Position numbers and translations under genes: made by a program
Source: Takakia lepidozioides
Taxonomy: Eukaryota; Plantae; Bryophyta
Direction: 5' to 3'
NCBI GenBank assembly: GCA_030704615.1
Contig: CM060731.1
Location: 80,166,001 to 80,230,000 of the forward strand
Length of the DNA stretch: 64,000 bases
The notes under the pieces: generated by a model
Told to the model about the DNA's origin: nothing
The model's database searches: none
What the model saw: the letters and a program-made list of their open reading frames with translations, nothing else
In this document: positions 63,300-64,000 of the stretch, piece after piece
Layout: each line of letters begins with the position of its first letter
Numbering within the stretch: position 1 is the first letter of the stretch

Positions 63300-64000
63300 T
63301 CAATATACCCTTAGGGTATAAGTAAATTACTTTTGTCAAAACATTTACCCTCCAGGTATGGATAAATTGAAATCTCAAAAAATTATTTACCCTCCGAGTA
63401 TGGGTAAATTAACTTTTTCAGATTTCTATATAACCCCCGGGTATGGATATATATGCCAAAATATACCCTGAGGGTATGAATAGTTTCCGGGTATGGATAG
63501 TTATTTCAATTAATATATAATTTAATGGTTTTAAGGAATATATGATGTTCTTCAATATGTACAAAACACAAAAAAAACAATCTATGGTAAAAGAGAAAAT
63601 TGATAAGATATTACATAATATTTTGGTTTTAATTTCCAATGCAAGATGGAGGAGGTTTGAGATTCAAAAAAATCACCCTAAAAAATAAATTAAAAAATCC
63701 CCACCTCAAGGGTCTAAATTGTGGGCTGCCAGGTTTATATATATATATATATGCTCGATCTGAAGAGGTATTCTTTGGGTTATATGACATTTTAGGAGTG
63801 ATATATATGTAGCATTTGTTTTAGCTGTGATTGGAACTTTCTTATAGCTCAAGGCTCCCTAACAACACAACAACAAGAGAAAAGACCTAGCACATAAAGG
63901 CCCTTATTATATACCCTGATTAGATATACCCTTCATTTTAACATATACCCTTCAGAAAAGTAGGGTATATTGAGCGTTTTTGATGCAGGGTAAATATAAG
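63300..64000. repeat. AT-rich repeat with clustered ATACCC/GGGTAT motifs (TE subterminal-like)
   Basis: Repeated TACCC(n)GGGTA mini-palindromes at 63305-63495 and ATATACCC repeats at 63910-63970. Confidence 0.4.

Overview
Eukaryotic (land plant) genomic DNA. Gene and TE styles suggest a non-seed plant such as a bryophyte or lycophyte, but this is inference. The window has two compartments. Bases 1-27 kb are a TE graveyard: CACTA termini with subterminal repeats, a Helitron-like segment with an RPA/OB-fold pseudogene and tRNA-like repeats, a B-box (CONSTANS-like) pseudogene fragment, a near full-length but disabled L1-type LINE (about 8 kb, minus strand), a Ty3/Gypsy gag-pol remnant, and a degenerate Crypton/DUF3504-like tyrosine recombinase. 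Bases 28-61 kb are a gene island: an LRR-extensin fused to a C-type lectin and an EGF-like domain, intronless RPB8, a NAC transcription factor, ESCRT-III SNF7/VPS32, a small Lys-rich conserved protein, and KPHMT/panB. The two most interesting items are the secreted LRX-CTLD-EGF chimera (with an intact EPN sugar-binding motif, a His-rich heptad repeat and a GC-AG intron) and the Crypton-like recombinase relic in a plant genome. Exon coordinates were derived by hand from splice signals and reading-frame continuity. No database searches were possible.
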